Source: Bugula neritina (lineage: Eukaryota; Animalia; Bryozoa). Taken from it: DNA of 64,000 nucleotides. The translations under genes were made by a program, and so were the position numbers. Under the pieces are notes generated by a model. It searched no databases. It worked only from the letters and a program-made list of their open reading frames with translations, and was not told the DNA's origin. Positions 26,378 to 39,055 of this stretch are shown in pieces; position 1 is the stretch's first letter, and every line of letters begins with the position of its first letter. The stretch is from assembly GCA_964035545.1 (NCBI GenBank), contig OZ037766.1, positions 5,880,722 to 5,944,721 of the forward strand, in the 5' to 3' direction.

Positions 26378-29128
26378 AATCTCTCTTATGCACATCAGAC
26401 AGTAGATTTCTTATGCAGCACTGCCATGCTTGCATATGATAACTTTGATGGCAGAGTGTTTGGAACTCAGAGCCCAAACATAAAGTTCTGAGTAACTCAT
26501 GCTGAAAGCAGTTTATAACCTCTGCTAACGTATCAATAAAACAGAATACAAGTATTTGGGTACATTTCCATTGCTTGCATTACTGGAATATATTTTTATT
26601 TAGTGTTTTGTAACAGTTGCATCTAATGAAACCACAACCGCAAACCTATCTTATGAGCATCCATTCGATGCTATGGAAACGAAGTGTAAGTGATGTCTGC
26701 CAACCTTATTGTTATTTGCTAATTTTTATCATTGTAGTTTATTATGTTTAGCATGAAGAGCTAACATAATATTATATACAAAATTGTAGAGTGGGGAAAT
26801 TTCTATTCTGTGCACTTTATAATAGTCTTTCAATACTTCTTTATTCAAAGCCTGTTTACATTACAAAACTTTTGAAAAAGCAGCGGCTATCAAAACCAGC
26901 AGACACATCGATACTTAATATTTTTAAAACAAAGCTTTTTTGGTAGCAAAAATTTTATGAGAATAGAAACACTTATAATTTCAATGAACTTTTTAACTTA
27001 AATTTACTGAAAGTGTTGCTAAGAAATGCTTAATTATTAATTTTTTTATCTAATCAAAGTACACGAATTAAAAAACTAATATGTTTAGCCAGTGTGAAAC
27101 GTATATATTACATACGCAGGTTTAGAGCAGAGAAACTTCTATCCTGTGTGCTTTATCTAGCAGTCTTTTCATTGTATTTTTATTCAAAGTCTGTTCACAT
27201 AACAAAACCTCTGAAAAAGGATTACACCAGGTTTGAAAAAAATGCATTTAGTCAGTGTGAAACGTGCAAAACATATCACATTATCATACTTCAATTAGTC
27301 TCACCAGTTTTTAAAAACAGTGTTAGCTAAAAATGGCCATTTACAAAAAATTTCAATGTGGTTAGACCACTTTTTGAACTTGCACTTAACTCTAACATTT
27401 TGGCTATCATAACTTCATCAAATTTAAACTGCATATTAGCTAGATTGTAATACTTTTTTTTTAAAAAGCAGAATTGACAATTATTATATCTCGTAAAAAC
27501 TAGTTTCTATGTTAGAGTTGCAGTAGATTTTCGAAGCAGGTTTTATCATTGTTTTGAAAGCCAAGAATATTTTATTATTTTTAAATTTTAACCACTGAAA
27601 GAATATAAAATATATATTATGTAAAATATTGATTGTATGTAGACTATATAATATCATATTTGGAAATACCATTTACAATTATCCTGTTTAAAGTTGTATA
27701 TTGTTACCTACAAGAGCTTTTTGGTCAAAGCTTTTAGTGAAATATTTTGGATGAAAGCCTTTTTTGTAAAAGCTTTTGGCAATAGCTTTTTCATTGTGCT
27801 ATGAGTCAGTGCAGCTCAGGAGGTGAAAGAGAGAAGTTGACTGTACTCATTTCTTTATTAATTTTCCTTTTGTTAGAAGATGCAAAGAACTTGCACCTTA
27901 TTGCCAAAATAATTGTGAGTATTGTATTACTTTTTGTTTCTAGCTGCATTAAATGAAAGTTTTGTAAGCTATAGCTGTATTGATGAGTGTGAATTTAACA
28001 AGATTCTTTTTACTTTTCTAGGTCACTGTATTATATGAAAATACAGACTGCTGGCAATAAGCAACAAATTGAGTTGTCATACAGCATCTGTGCTGTCGCA
28101 TATATTATAATGTTATATAATAGCTATATATATATAGACCATTATATAATACAACCAAATGATTTGGTAAATTGGTAAATGTTGCAGGTATTTTCTGAAT
28201 GAAAAAACTTTAAGCAAGTTTTTAGCAGTTAAAAGTTATGGCAGCCATTTCTAAGTATAGCATTACAACTCACAAGTTTATTTGAAATCTGCTCTAAAAC
28301 TCTTTGCTATAGCTATAGTAGATTAATAGAAATAGACACTTGAATTTTTTCTAAACTTGTATAAAATATTATTTGTAGTATGAGGCAAATAAAGATCCAT
28401 GCAAGTGCTGTTGCAAGGCCACACTCCTTTCTGAAAACATATTTCTGTATACAGATTATAGACAATGTCGCTAAAATTGTATATATTTATATATAAATAA
28501 ATAAGTTACATATGATATAGCATACTGTATTGTGTTTATAATAGAAATATATTAAAACTGATTTTATGATCAATATGTACACATATTATCTAATCTACAT
28601 GTATCATTACATATAAAGTAGGCCCTATTATGTTTTTATTTCAAATATAAATTAATGCAGTTTTTAAACAGTAGAAATATATATCAACACCAGGCGCATA
28701 CATATTATATTAAATAACTAACCAGAAGGAGTTTCAAGTTGCAATCCTTTTTAGCTTTCAATGTAAAACCAATACTTTAAACTTACCTATGCAAACGTGT
28801 TTCATAAACAAAAGATATTTTCTATATGCAGCTAAAAAAGTTGCAATTTTGTATTTTTTAAAACCAACTATAATTAGTTCCACGGCATTCTTTGTTTTAA
28901 AAGCAGCAGACTTGCACTTTACTAAGCCTAGTTATTTACAAAGTTAATTATAGCAACATAACCTGTGAGCTTGAGAATAAAAATCTTTGGATAATGAATT
29001 CCATAACAAAAGAGATCAACAGTGTGTAACAATCTATGCATTGCGTAAGGTTAGCTGTTAACTTAAAGTTGCGTTTATACCTCTGCTGAAAAAAGTACCG
29101 AGTTTAAGTTAATAATGCTTGTCCGGGT

Positions 29129-32100
29129 CAATGAACTCAATAATTATTAACTGGAATGGGTACGATTGTACTTTGTAATGTAACCTCGTTGCCGATTGGC
29201 TTTGTGAGCCCGAGCATGCTCTTTTTCTAGCGGGAGAAAATAGAGCCGGTCGTCCATCATTTCGATTGAGTGAATCTCACTTTTAAACTTTGTTTTTTGT
29301 CCTGCTTTATATCTGAAGCGACTATATTTTTATTTAATTGTGTTTTCTATCACCTCTACTTCGTTAAACATGTCGAATTCTCCGTATCCTAAGCAAACTA
29401 AGGGTCAAAGAAGCAAGACCACTGAGTCTCAGTGTTATGCATACAATTGCCGCAACTACCAGTACAGCAGTTACATGGAGACAAAAAAATCTCTTTTCAC
29501 AAGTAAGTATATGGCTTTAGTTACAACAATCAGTGAAAGTAATACATGAACTAGCGTAACAGTAGGCTTAATAGTTGTGGTAGCGGTGCTGCTGCCTACT
29601 AGTAGTACTAGTAGTAGTGCTAGTAGTACTCTACTACTAGTACTAGTACTACTACTGTCTACTACTACTACTAGTAGTAGTAATACTAATACTAATAGCT
29701 AAGCCTAAGGCTAATGGCTAATGTTATACTTACAGTATCAGTATGATGGTACTACTACTACTACTAGCCTACTGCTACTACTACTACTAGCCTACTGCTA
29801 CTACTAGTACTAGCCTACTGCTACTACTAGTACTAGCCTACTGCTACTACTAGTACTAGCCTACTGCTACTACTACTACTAGCCTACTGCTACTACTAGC
29901 CTACTGCTACTACTACTACTAGCCTACTGCTACTACTAGCCTACTGCTACTACTACTACTAGCCTACTGCTACTACCACTACTAGCCTACTGCTACTACT
30001 ACTACTAGCCTACTGCTACTACCACTACTACCACTACTAGCCTACTGCTACTACTACTACTACTAGCCTACTGCTACTACTACTACTACTACTAGCCTAC
30101 TGCTACTACTACTACTAGCCTACTACTACTACTAGCCTACTGCTACTACTACTACTACTAGCCTACTGCTACTACTACTACTAGCCTACTGCTACTACTA
30201 CTACTAGCCTACTGCTACTACTACTACTAGCCTACTACTACTACTAGCCTACTGCTACTACTACTACTAGCCTACTGCTACTACTACTACTAGCCTACTG
30301 CTACTACTACTACTAGTAGAGCGCTACTTTGGCAATGCAGTTATGATTGAGTGTTGAACTAATATCTTTATTGTGTCATCTACTCAGGTGTCTCTTGCTA
30401 CCCAGTTGCTGTCAGCTTCAGTGGCTGACTCACTAGATACGCTGAAACAGTTGGGACTCTCTAAATTCCAGCAGTGTGATGCTACCGTCAACTTCATTAG
30501 GGTTTGTTACAGCTTTTGGTTTTATTTCTTTAAAATACTGTAACTGCAATCGTCCCATGTTCTGCTGATATTACTTTTTCTGTAGCGAGTTGATCGGTTG
30601 TTTGACATCCTGAATAGTCGATCAGCAATAGCTAAAGGCTACAAGCAGCCTTTACATCTAAATGGTATCAGTGTCATCACTCCTTTTCTGAAAGATACAC
30701 GGCAATATTTGCTAGGCCTAAAGAATAATGAAGGGATACCTCTGTACAAGACCAAAAGGTAAATCTCCTATTACCATAGAAAGTGTTACTTGCTTATATT
30801 TCAGATCTAATATGTGCCTGTCCCTATTTGTGTTATTTGCAGACATGTTTGTATTACTGGACTTGTATGTGCCATTGACACAGTATTTGGGTTGGTGGAG
30901 AAACTGTTGGTGCTCGACTATCTGCTAATGTATAAATTTTCGCAAGACCATTTAGAGCTATGCATGAAGCCCAGTCTGCATGCACTTATGTTAACATGTT
31001 CATTTGTTCTCTTACTCTCTTATCTCTTTCCTTCAGGTGTTCGGTTTTTCACTTTGCTTTGATAGGGGCAACTAAGATGGTCGGTTGGACCAACTGTGTT
31101 GAAAAGTGAATTTTTTTGCTTGAGCTTAGCGGTTAAAATGCATGCAATATGAAGTATATTTTATTAACTTTTGAATACCAAGAGACAAAGATAATGAATT
31201 TTCAAAAATTTCCAAAACTGTGGTGTCAAAGCAATTGTGCATTTTTTAATTAAATAACTTTTTTGGCTTAATTGCATGCAAGGTTTTGCTTGTGTTCTAA
31301 AAAACATCATTTTTTCTGGGTAAACATAATCCAATCATTAATTGTGAACAGGCAATTGATGTCCAAGCATTTTTTTAATATCTGTTCTAGGTGGATGGAA
31401 TAATAACGCATCTGTAACTGGCTTTCAGTCTATCTTTAGAAAATTGGTGACCCGATGTGGTGTACATCCAGGCAACTCAGGAAATTCTAAGCCATTAGAT
31501 AGCACAACTGCTATTCATGGAGACATCATTAGGCATCGAAAATCATCATTTCTCCCTTTTAAATTTACTCATTGAAGTATATTATGACTTATTTCAGCAC
31601 CACATTGCTAAACTAACAAATATTGCTATGCACAAACTAAATTTCAGGCAATGTAGCAACAAAAGTGTACTGTTTAGAGGCCAGTAATAAGGATGTGGGT
31701 AATTAATCGTTTAGAAGTTATTACAACAGTATTTATATTATAACATTAGATGATAACAAATATTGTTATTGCAATATAATATTATTTTTTGTTTATTCTG
31801 TAATTCTATTTTAATCACTTATTGCTTTCAGATTAGCACTTGAAAACAGAATTTAAAACTTTGAAAGGTTTAAGGAAATCTGTTACTTGCCTGTGTTGTA
31901 AAGCTGTGTCTTACCACCGGTTTTTTTATATTATTTATAAACTTTTATACTTGTTATCCTTACTGCCAGTGTTCATGTACTAAGGCTGAAATTTGCTTTG
32001 CTGTTGCTTTTCATTTAATTTTGACTAATGTGTTGATCTAATCAATAAATATGTAATGCATTTGTTAGGTTATTAAAGTTATTATCATATGTACTTGAGG

Positions 32101-32376
32101 TACATGCTTCATAAAATGATAATTAGTCATGAAATTACAAATACCAAAAGTAAAATAAACAAAATAATTGGTTCCTGCTTCACATTGCTGAATTTTCATT
32201 ATTTTTTAGCATTTACCTCAATTTATAAGCTCTAATAGCTTGCATTTATAATGGATTTTACTACTACTGCGTGCAAAACAAGTAGGCGTGGTTAAGTTTT
32301 TCATGTTAAGGCGGAGCTAAACTATTTGGCCACGCTAAAACGTCCTTGGCCTCTCCAGGTCTATTCCAGCTCAGTG
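29129..32376 (+). mobile_element. Internally deleted P-element (THAP9-like) DNA transposon with an intron-containing transposase gene
   Basis: 8-bp TSD GTCCGGGT at 29121-29128 and 32377-32384. Ends CAATGAACT / AGCTCAGTG. THAP-start exon 29370-29502 (CYAYNCRN...SLF). Transposase exons 30388-30501 (VSLATQLLSASVADSL...DATVNFIR), 30586-30758 (DRLFDILNSRSAIAKGYKQPL), 30843-~30957 (YLLMYKFSQDHLE) and 31391-~31560 (GGWNNNAS..FQSIFRKL). Confidence 0.9.
29590..30320. repeat. (CTA)n / CTAGCCTACTG compound minisatellite inside the P element
   Basis: Units GCCTACTG(CTA)n with variable n. It lies where the central transposase exons are missing. Confidence 0.95.
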
Positions 32377-33368
32377 GTCCGGGTACCCCTTTATAGTCAA
32401 ACCGAAACTCGTTGAAATCATATTGATGCGGTTGCTCACTTTCTGAAATTTAAATTTGACTCGCATAATAGCTATGTGATGCCCTTTGTAAACGTCGTGA
32501 ATTAGTGAAGCGGAAATCATAAAAGCGATAATTGAGAAGGCGTAGGCTATATAATTATAACCGTATAAGTACGTTGTCTAATCGCCAAAGTAATGACTAA
32601 ATAACGATGTTTACAAGGAGTTACTACTCCTATTCTAAAATTGGCCGATTAAGTTATCACAGTACAAAAATTTCAACGGGTGGCTTTTACAATGCAATGC
32701 AACTCGGAGAAATTTCAACCCGGCCAAATTGAAATTTTGACCGAAAATCGTGAAGGTATAAACGCAACTTCATTTATTTCAATCATTTCTCAACAGCATT
32801 GTATAATATATTTCTGTAGCGTAGAAACCCTTCATTTATTATAACTATTGGTCTCAAAATTTCCGCCAATGCAGAAAATATGCCAAGTGGCAAACAAAAA
32901 TACAGGTGCACATACATTGTTCAATTGAAACTGTTACAACTGTGGCTTTGAAGCAATTGAATGCCATTTCTGACATCACCCTCTTTAAACTCATGACCAT
33001 GGGCCTACTAAATTAATGCTTCACCTGTAGTCTAGACTCTAGAATAAGACTGTTCTTTGGTTATTTTGAAAGTAAAGAGTTACTTGATGATTGTGCTGGT
33101 TGAGCGCTCATACAACAATACTATATCTCACTTCAATCAAATTCTATGGGTTAGTCAGCTCTCTGTTTTTAATAAATTAGAATTATCATTATATCTATTT
33201 AGTTGAATGACTAATTTTTACAGCAATAATATATTTATTACACAAAGTTATTGAATGGAAAAGAGCTCTATCATTTATACAACCCTTTATTATATAAGCA
33301 TAATAGATATAATTTAACATTTAGTGTCCAGTGTCGCAAAATTCCCACATTATTCATTACTTCTTTAA

Positions 33369-33514
33369 ACTGCAGAAGTAATTTTTCCTTCAACTTCTGA
33401 TTGGCATGGAAACAATAGTGACTTGACACTCAGCTCTGATAGTTCAGATCTACCTGTGAAAGGAGATGTTGTAAAGTTTATAGATGACACTGTACCAGAA
33501 AAACCAGTGCATTG
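33369..33514 (+). pseudogene. Orphan copy of coding exon 11 of the RING/SH3 gene family
   Basis: [48 protein letters not shown] matches 22721-22866 and 54564-54709. The GT donor is retained; the acceptor AG is replaced by AA. Confidence 0.85.
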
Positions 33515-34026
33515 GTAAAAAGATATTTCAAGAACTATGAAATAAATACAACTTAAACTGGGTATATATGTTTTTACAAACTTAATGATGACGGCTTCAA
33601 CAATTTAGGCATTTTAGTATTTTACTGAGCACAGCTAGCTTCTCATTAATAAATATGAGGAAATTTTAGAAAATTACAATTGAAGTTGATTTCAAACTTC
33701 TGAGTTGCAGAACAAAATTTGTCTTATATTAAACAACATAATAATCATAAAAAATTTAAATGTGCAATGCATGCAGTTTGTAAAAAGTTTGAAACTTGTC
33801 GTAGAGTCTTGTGGAATGATAATATTGATATCAGAGCGCACTATGTATACACATTTTTACTATCAATGGTTGCACAAACCTAAAGTACCTATAGGCAATT
33901 TTATCATTTGAAAAATGGAAGCAATAAAATTGTAGAGCTGAAAAGACTCCTAAAATACAGTAATTGGTGGATTATATATTTTATATGAAAATTCATACTT
34001 ATACACCAAGTTGTGATTATATAAAT

Positions 34027-35045
34027 CAGTGGTTCCCAAAATTTTTATATATCATTCTCTCTTTTTATAGACATTTACTATTAATTCCCTCTTTTGAAAG
34101 CTCAATCTGTACGACTGATATAATATATACAATATAAGTCTATTTTGATAGTCTTATTATATAGTCCAATAATATTGTATTATATGCATGGGTAGAACAC
34201 AAAGCAGCTCAATTATTAAAGTGATAGCTGCAGCAGATCTTTTGTGCCAGCTTGCTTGAGCTGGCTTTTTTGTTGAGTGACTTTAATTGCAGGTCAATGC
34301 AGTCTCCTTTCTTATTTTTACTGAGACTTCCATCTTACACAGATAGGTAGTGCTGAATGGCACTGATATTTTTAGCATTTTTCAGCTATGTGTAGATAGA
34401 GTTTGCTTGTTGAAACCCATAACTCATCAGTAGGCAAAGATTTCAGTCATCCTTTATTGCGGAATTGTTAATCAGCCCAATGAACTACTCTTGTAACTCA
34501 TCGGGAGTCTTTTGATCAGAGCGTTGAAATGGGCCATTTTTTAAGACAATCTTTTTTTTTCTGAAGGCAGCTCAGAGAAATACTGTTTAAAATCTATTAA
34601 GAGTTAAAAGAGATGTTCTTACTGAAAGATAGTCAGCAACATGTTATTTTCCTAATAATTCATTGAATGTAAGGAAAGACACCATATTTTAGATATGTAT
34701 TCACGTCTGCCACATGCAACTTTATTTTGGCCTTGAAAGCATTAATGGTGCTATAAAAGACAACGATGTGCTGATTGTATTCATGCACTTCTAGGTTTAA
34801 AATATTTAGTGCAGCAAATATATCTAGTAGGCATGCAGTATTAAATTGTTCATGGCTTCAGGTTGCATGGCTACAAAAAGTTCCTGTTGGTTTTTACTTC
34901 CAATTGAAACTTCTTAACTTTCATTCAAAGTAGCACGAGTAGACTAATGTAATGTGGATAAGTAAATGAACTAAGATACACGTAATTTGAAAAAACAAAG
35001 CAAGAGTTCAAAAAGGCGTTAATGAACTGAGTGAAATCTTTAGAA
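34027..35045 (-). mobile_element. Degenerate hAT-Buster (Charlie/ZBED5-like) transposon remnant, one terminus
   Basis: Terminus CAGTGGTTCCCAAA preceded by ATATAAAT. The minus strand at about 34330-34375 encodes ISVPFSTTYLC, the hAT dimerisation motif PFxTTYLCE. 34670-35045 is homologous to 59570-59975. Confidence 0.75.
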
Positions 35046-35216
35046 AACTAATCTTATTTTCTAAATTGCCTTTTTATGCAAAACTTGACTTTTGTTGCAA
35101 ACAAGTTCTAGTGAAGCAAATTATTATTTTTTGTTTACTGTACGCAATATGAGTAAATATGGGTAGATGTGGGAAATATTGGTAAATATGGACAAATACA
35201 CATATAATACATAATA

Positions 35217-36440
35217 GGGGTAAGGGGGGGGGGAGGGGCACAACGGTCATAGGGGTACAAAAAGCCGGCCAAATTGTGAGAGAACTTATTGACTGTGATT
35301 TTTCTTTCATAAAAAGATATTGACATGATTATTCAGTCTTTGTAGTTTCATCACTTGCGGAACATACATGTTGAAAAGGCGAGTAAAAAACTGTTTTTAC
35401 CTACTTTTTGTAAATTTTTTAGGATGTCGTTAAAGCTTTATAACTTTCTACACCCAAAGGCAAGGAGCCTATATTTTACCAATATTGTTGCCATTGCTTG
35501 CCTCTACATTGCTTAACTAGTATAACAGCAAAAACTGAAATAAATTTTCCTTGAGGCACATTTATTTTCAATTTGGCCACACCGGGCACAATGGGCCACC
35601 TGATTATTGCGCTCTGATCACTGTTATTAGTTTGTTTGCCCAAAAAGTTGGTTGAAATTTTACTAAAATTTATAGATATAGCCATTTCTGACCTTTTGGT
35701 AAAATATCAAAGACATCATGGTAAGACTACAAAACTACAAGGTGAAGCTCCCCTAATATATACATCTGGTGATCGAGGTTAAAGCTTTGCCATTTTATAC
35801 ATAATACAAAACACTCTGCTGCTGCTACTAGTAGATAGTAATGATATTCATTATATATTATATCATTGAGGGAATATACATGTATTTGGCTCAAATAAAT
35901 TATGATTTGCTTGCTCATTTGCTCCCCCCTCTCCCTTCCGTACTCCAGCCACAAACCTCAGCCATGCATGCACCTTAGCTACAGTTCATAGAAAAAAGTC
36001 CACTCGGAATTTTGTAGTACATGTTACTAAAGTTTTTTTTTTAATAAACGTTCCTTTGAAGTGAAAATAACAGAACATATTTAGTTTTAAACAGTAATGA
36101 TAATGGCACTGCAGAACCGAGTGACGTGCGTTTGATTTTGCCTTCCCCTGCTATCCGTAGTGGCACAAACTGTACAGCTAAAACATGAATTTTGCTGTAG
36201 ATCTGAAAGAGTATCTCTATTTATTTGTAATATTAAATAAATAAAGATCAAATGTAACAAAATACGCAAAATTTCAATATATGTGTTTCGTCCCACCCAG
36301 TGGCCCATTGTACCCCGGTATCGAGGCACAATGGGCCAATTTTTTCGTCATGAAAATTTCATTATTCTGAAAGTTGTGAGAGAGATAGAAACAACAAACT
36401 GGTACCTGCAATAGATAACAGATGCAGCATTAAGACTAGC
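35217..36440 (+). mobile_element. Truncated non-autonomous DNA element with GGCACAATGGGCCA repeats (pogo/Tc1-mariner-like)
   Basis: Starts TA|GGGGTAAGG...GGGGCACAACGGTCATAGGGGTAC. Internal GGCACAATGGGCCA / TGGCCCATTGTACC motifs. An inverted homologue lies at about 51170-52633. Absent from the paralogous B-C spacer. Confidence 0.55.
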
Positions 36441-36507
36441 ACATTCATTATGTTCAGTTTGAATGTAAGAAATATTGAGCACTGGCATCATGATAATTTA
36501 GGCAGAA

Positions 36508-37993
36508 TCACCGGCTTTCCATGGATCAATCTCAGATTGATCTCAGCGAGATCAATCCATGGAAAGACGCCAAAGATTGATCTCAGTCGATTTAGGCTGG
36601 TCGGTCTGTGGAGATCTAACTCAGATTGATCTCAAGGCAATCTGAGGAGTAGAAAAAAACTGCTTGCTACAATGTTGTCTGCTAATAAAAATGATAACTT
36701 ATTGATAATTACTAAGCAAAGTAATTAATAATTATGATAGCCACCTTTGCAGATGCAAAAACTTTGACTTTCAGTACAATAATTAGAAAAACTCAATTAT
36801 ATGCGGTAGAAGGTAAAAAACAACCGGAGCATTTAAAGGATTGCTCAATCTTGGTTTATTACAATCCCATTATAATTATGAACTGTAATCTAATGTGTAT
36901 GCAAACAATTGTGACTTTGCAAAGGGATATGTGCCTAGAAAACAGCTTTTCAAAATTCCAATTTTGAGGGAGGTAAAATTTTCAGCCATGAAAAAGAATA
37001 GCCTAATACGTGACGTGTGAACGCCAGTAACTATGCTGCGCGTGCTAACTATAACGCTAGTATTCAAGGTTGCTGAGCACAACATCAACCAATAACGCTC
37101 AAGCAGTTACAGCACGCTATATAGGTCAGCTTTGGTGTGCCCGTAATATTGCACAATCTGACCTAGTTTAGATCGATCGCAGGCATTCATCCTAAAGAAT
37201 GCATGTTTTTGCAATGCTTTTTTCTAATGTTATCACATACATGTTATTTAAAATGTCAAAAAACTATAGATTGAGATAATTCGCATTTGCACTTCTATAA
37301 ATATACAAATTACGAGCTGAAAGATCACATCTCACAGTCATATTTCTATAGTTATTCATTTGTATAGTCACGTGACCAGCAGGAATGCTGGCGCTGTTAC
37401 GTCACATTTCCCAGTTCATTTCAAAATCGGCGTTTTGGCTGTTACCAATCTACACCCACAACTTCAACTAACTTTTTCTACCTTTGGTCAAATGCTTTTT
37501 GTCAATGCATGCTTAGAAAAACACAATATTATGTGTGTTTGACCTAAATGGCTATTTATTAGACAAGATAGAGCAATCCTTTAAATTAAACTTAAAGACT
37601 ATTAAAACTTAGTTTCATTAGCTATTTTCTGCATAATTTTAAGCCTAACAGTCCTGTAAGTTTATAAACAATCTGCAAGACAACTATTAAGTTTATATAA
37701 GCTGCCAAGCTAACAAATTAAGATCAATTATCTTAAATTGGCCAAATTACTTTACTCTAAAAGCTTTGCTAGGTATAGTTTATAGCTGGTGTTAATTCCT
37801 AGACTGCAACAATCTTGTTTTCTGATCACAACAGCTTTCATCACTCAAGTGGGTGAACTAATCATCTTTAAAAAATTATTCACTTAAGAGGAGGCAACTA
37901 CGCAAGATCGATCTGACATTGTCATGGAAAACAATCGATCTGAGCAAAATTCTCAGATCGATCTTACCGAGATCATCCATGGAAAGCCGACGA
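36508..37993. mobile_element. 1.5-kb non-autonomous TIR element with GATCTCAG subterminal repeats
   Basis: TIR TCACCGGCTTTCCATGGAT / ATCCATGGAAAGCCGACGA. Absent from the paralogous spacer (about 60680). TSD and superfamily unresolved. Confidence 0.7.
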
Positions 37994-38483
37994 AAGGGTG
38001 GCTAGTAAATTATAAACTATTAATTAGTATTTTGTCAAATATATATTATTGCAGTTTGTAGTCAGTAGCCACTTCTGCAGTGGCAATATAATATATATAA
38101 GGAAACTGCACATTTCCGAGACAAAGAATATTTAACATTTTCAGCACTGAGGCAAAAAACCGGCATGCTATAACTTTTGTAATATATGAATAGGGTGGCC
38201 ATTATCGGCGCATACAGTCTTTTGCAGTCTTTTGTTTTGCTAAAAACTGCAGGACAATAGCTATACAGGTAAATGTTAGACCAGTGTCATTGTTGCTATC
38301 ACAGCTATTGGTGGTCCCACAAAAAATAGGTCTCTTGTTTTCGATAACGAACTTCTTATAAATCACCAACAGGTAATTTCACAATGACATCTAAATTCAT
38401 TTGCTAAACACCAATATAATTATGCTAATATAAGACTAATATTTGGTTGGATACATTTACTTGGACATGTGCCAATTAAAATA

Positions 38484-38636
38484 TTAATACACCCAGTTTG
38501 GGTCTACTTTTAGGATAAAGTCTTGTGATTGGTCAATTATGCAGTCACTAAAAAATAGCTGCCTGACGTTGAAGGGTTACAGCCACTCTGATACTATTAA
38601 GGATAACTAACTGTTTAGCTCTAGCAATTTCCCAGT
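38484..38636 (+). promoter_or_regulatory. Putative promoter and non-coding first exon of paralogue B
   Basis: TTGTGATTGG at about 38523 and donor GTAAGTTTTTA at 38635. Colinear with 61160-61312 and 12690-12891. Confidence 0.55.
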
Positions 38637-38702
38637 AAGTTTTTATTACATACAATGCGGATTATGTATAAATGAATGTAGTTTGTAAGCAGTGAGAGAT
38701 AT

Positions 38703-39055
38703 TGTAGTGAGTAGTGCAAAGTACAAACACGGGAATCGCCCTCTCCCTACTCTTGGAATACTTAGACTCTTATGTAGCAACCAATTAGCAGCTCCGGAAG
38801 ATATGCTTCCGATTCACGTGACACTTCCCGGGTTATTAACATTATATCACGTTGTTGTAAGCGGAGGCTTGTAGTAGTAACATGTGTTAGTAGTTGACTC
38901 TTGTATAGGATAATTTGATGTGATGTTTGTTTTATGCTTTATTGTGGATAATAAATATAATTACTCGACAGCTACCCTAGTAATTGATAGCAGAATAACC
39001 AGCTAACTATACGCAAGTAAATAACTCACGCTCAGTAATTGCACAAATTACTACA
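38703..39055 (+). mobile_element. Solo LTR (353 bp)
   Basis: TGTAGT...ACTACA ends, 4-bp TSD ATAT on both sides, internal AATAAA at 38950. Empty site in the paralogue C region (about 61400). Confidence 0.85.

Larger units (their letters stand above)
29067..32769. mobile_element. Non-autonomous TIR element (~450 bp, Kolobok-like by its TTAA site and AG...CT ends), split by the P-element insertion
   Basis: Perfect inverted repeat AAGTTGCGTTTATACCT (29066-29082) / AGGTATAAACGCAACTT (32754-32770). TTAA on the left, degenerate TCAT on the right. The empty site is visible in the paralogous spacer at about 59540. The superfamily call is inference. Confidence 0.7.

Noticed and set aside
29590-30320. 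Repeat-spacer-like periodicity (CRISPR-like?)
   Set aside because: Units differ only in CTA copy number, there are no unique spacers, and the context is eukaryotic with no cas genes.
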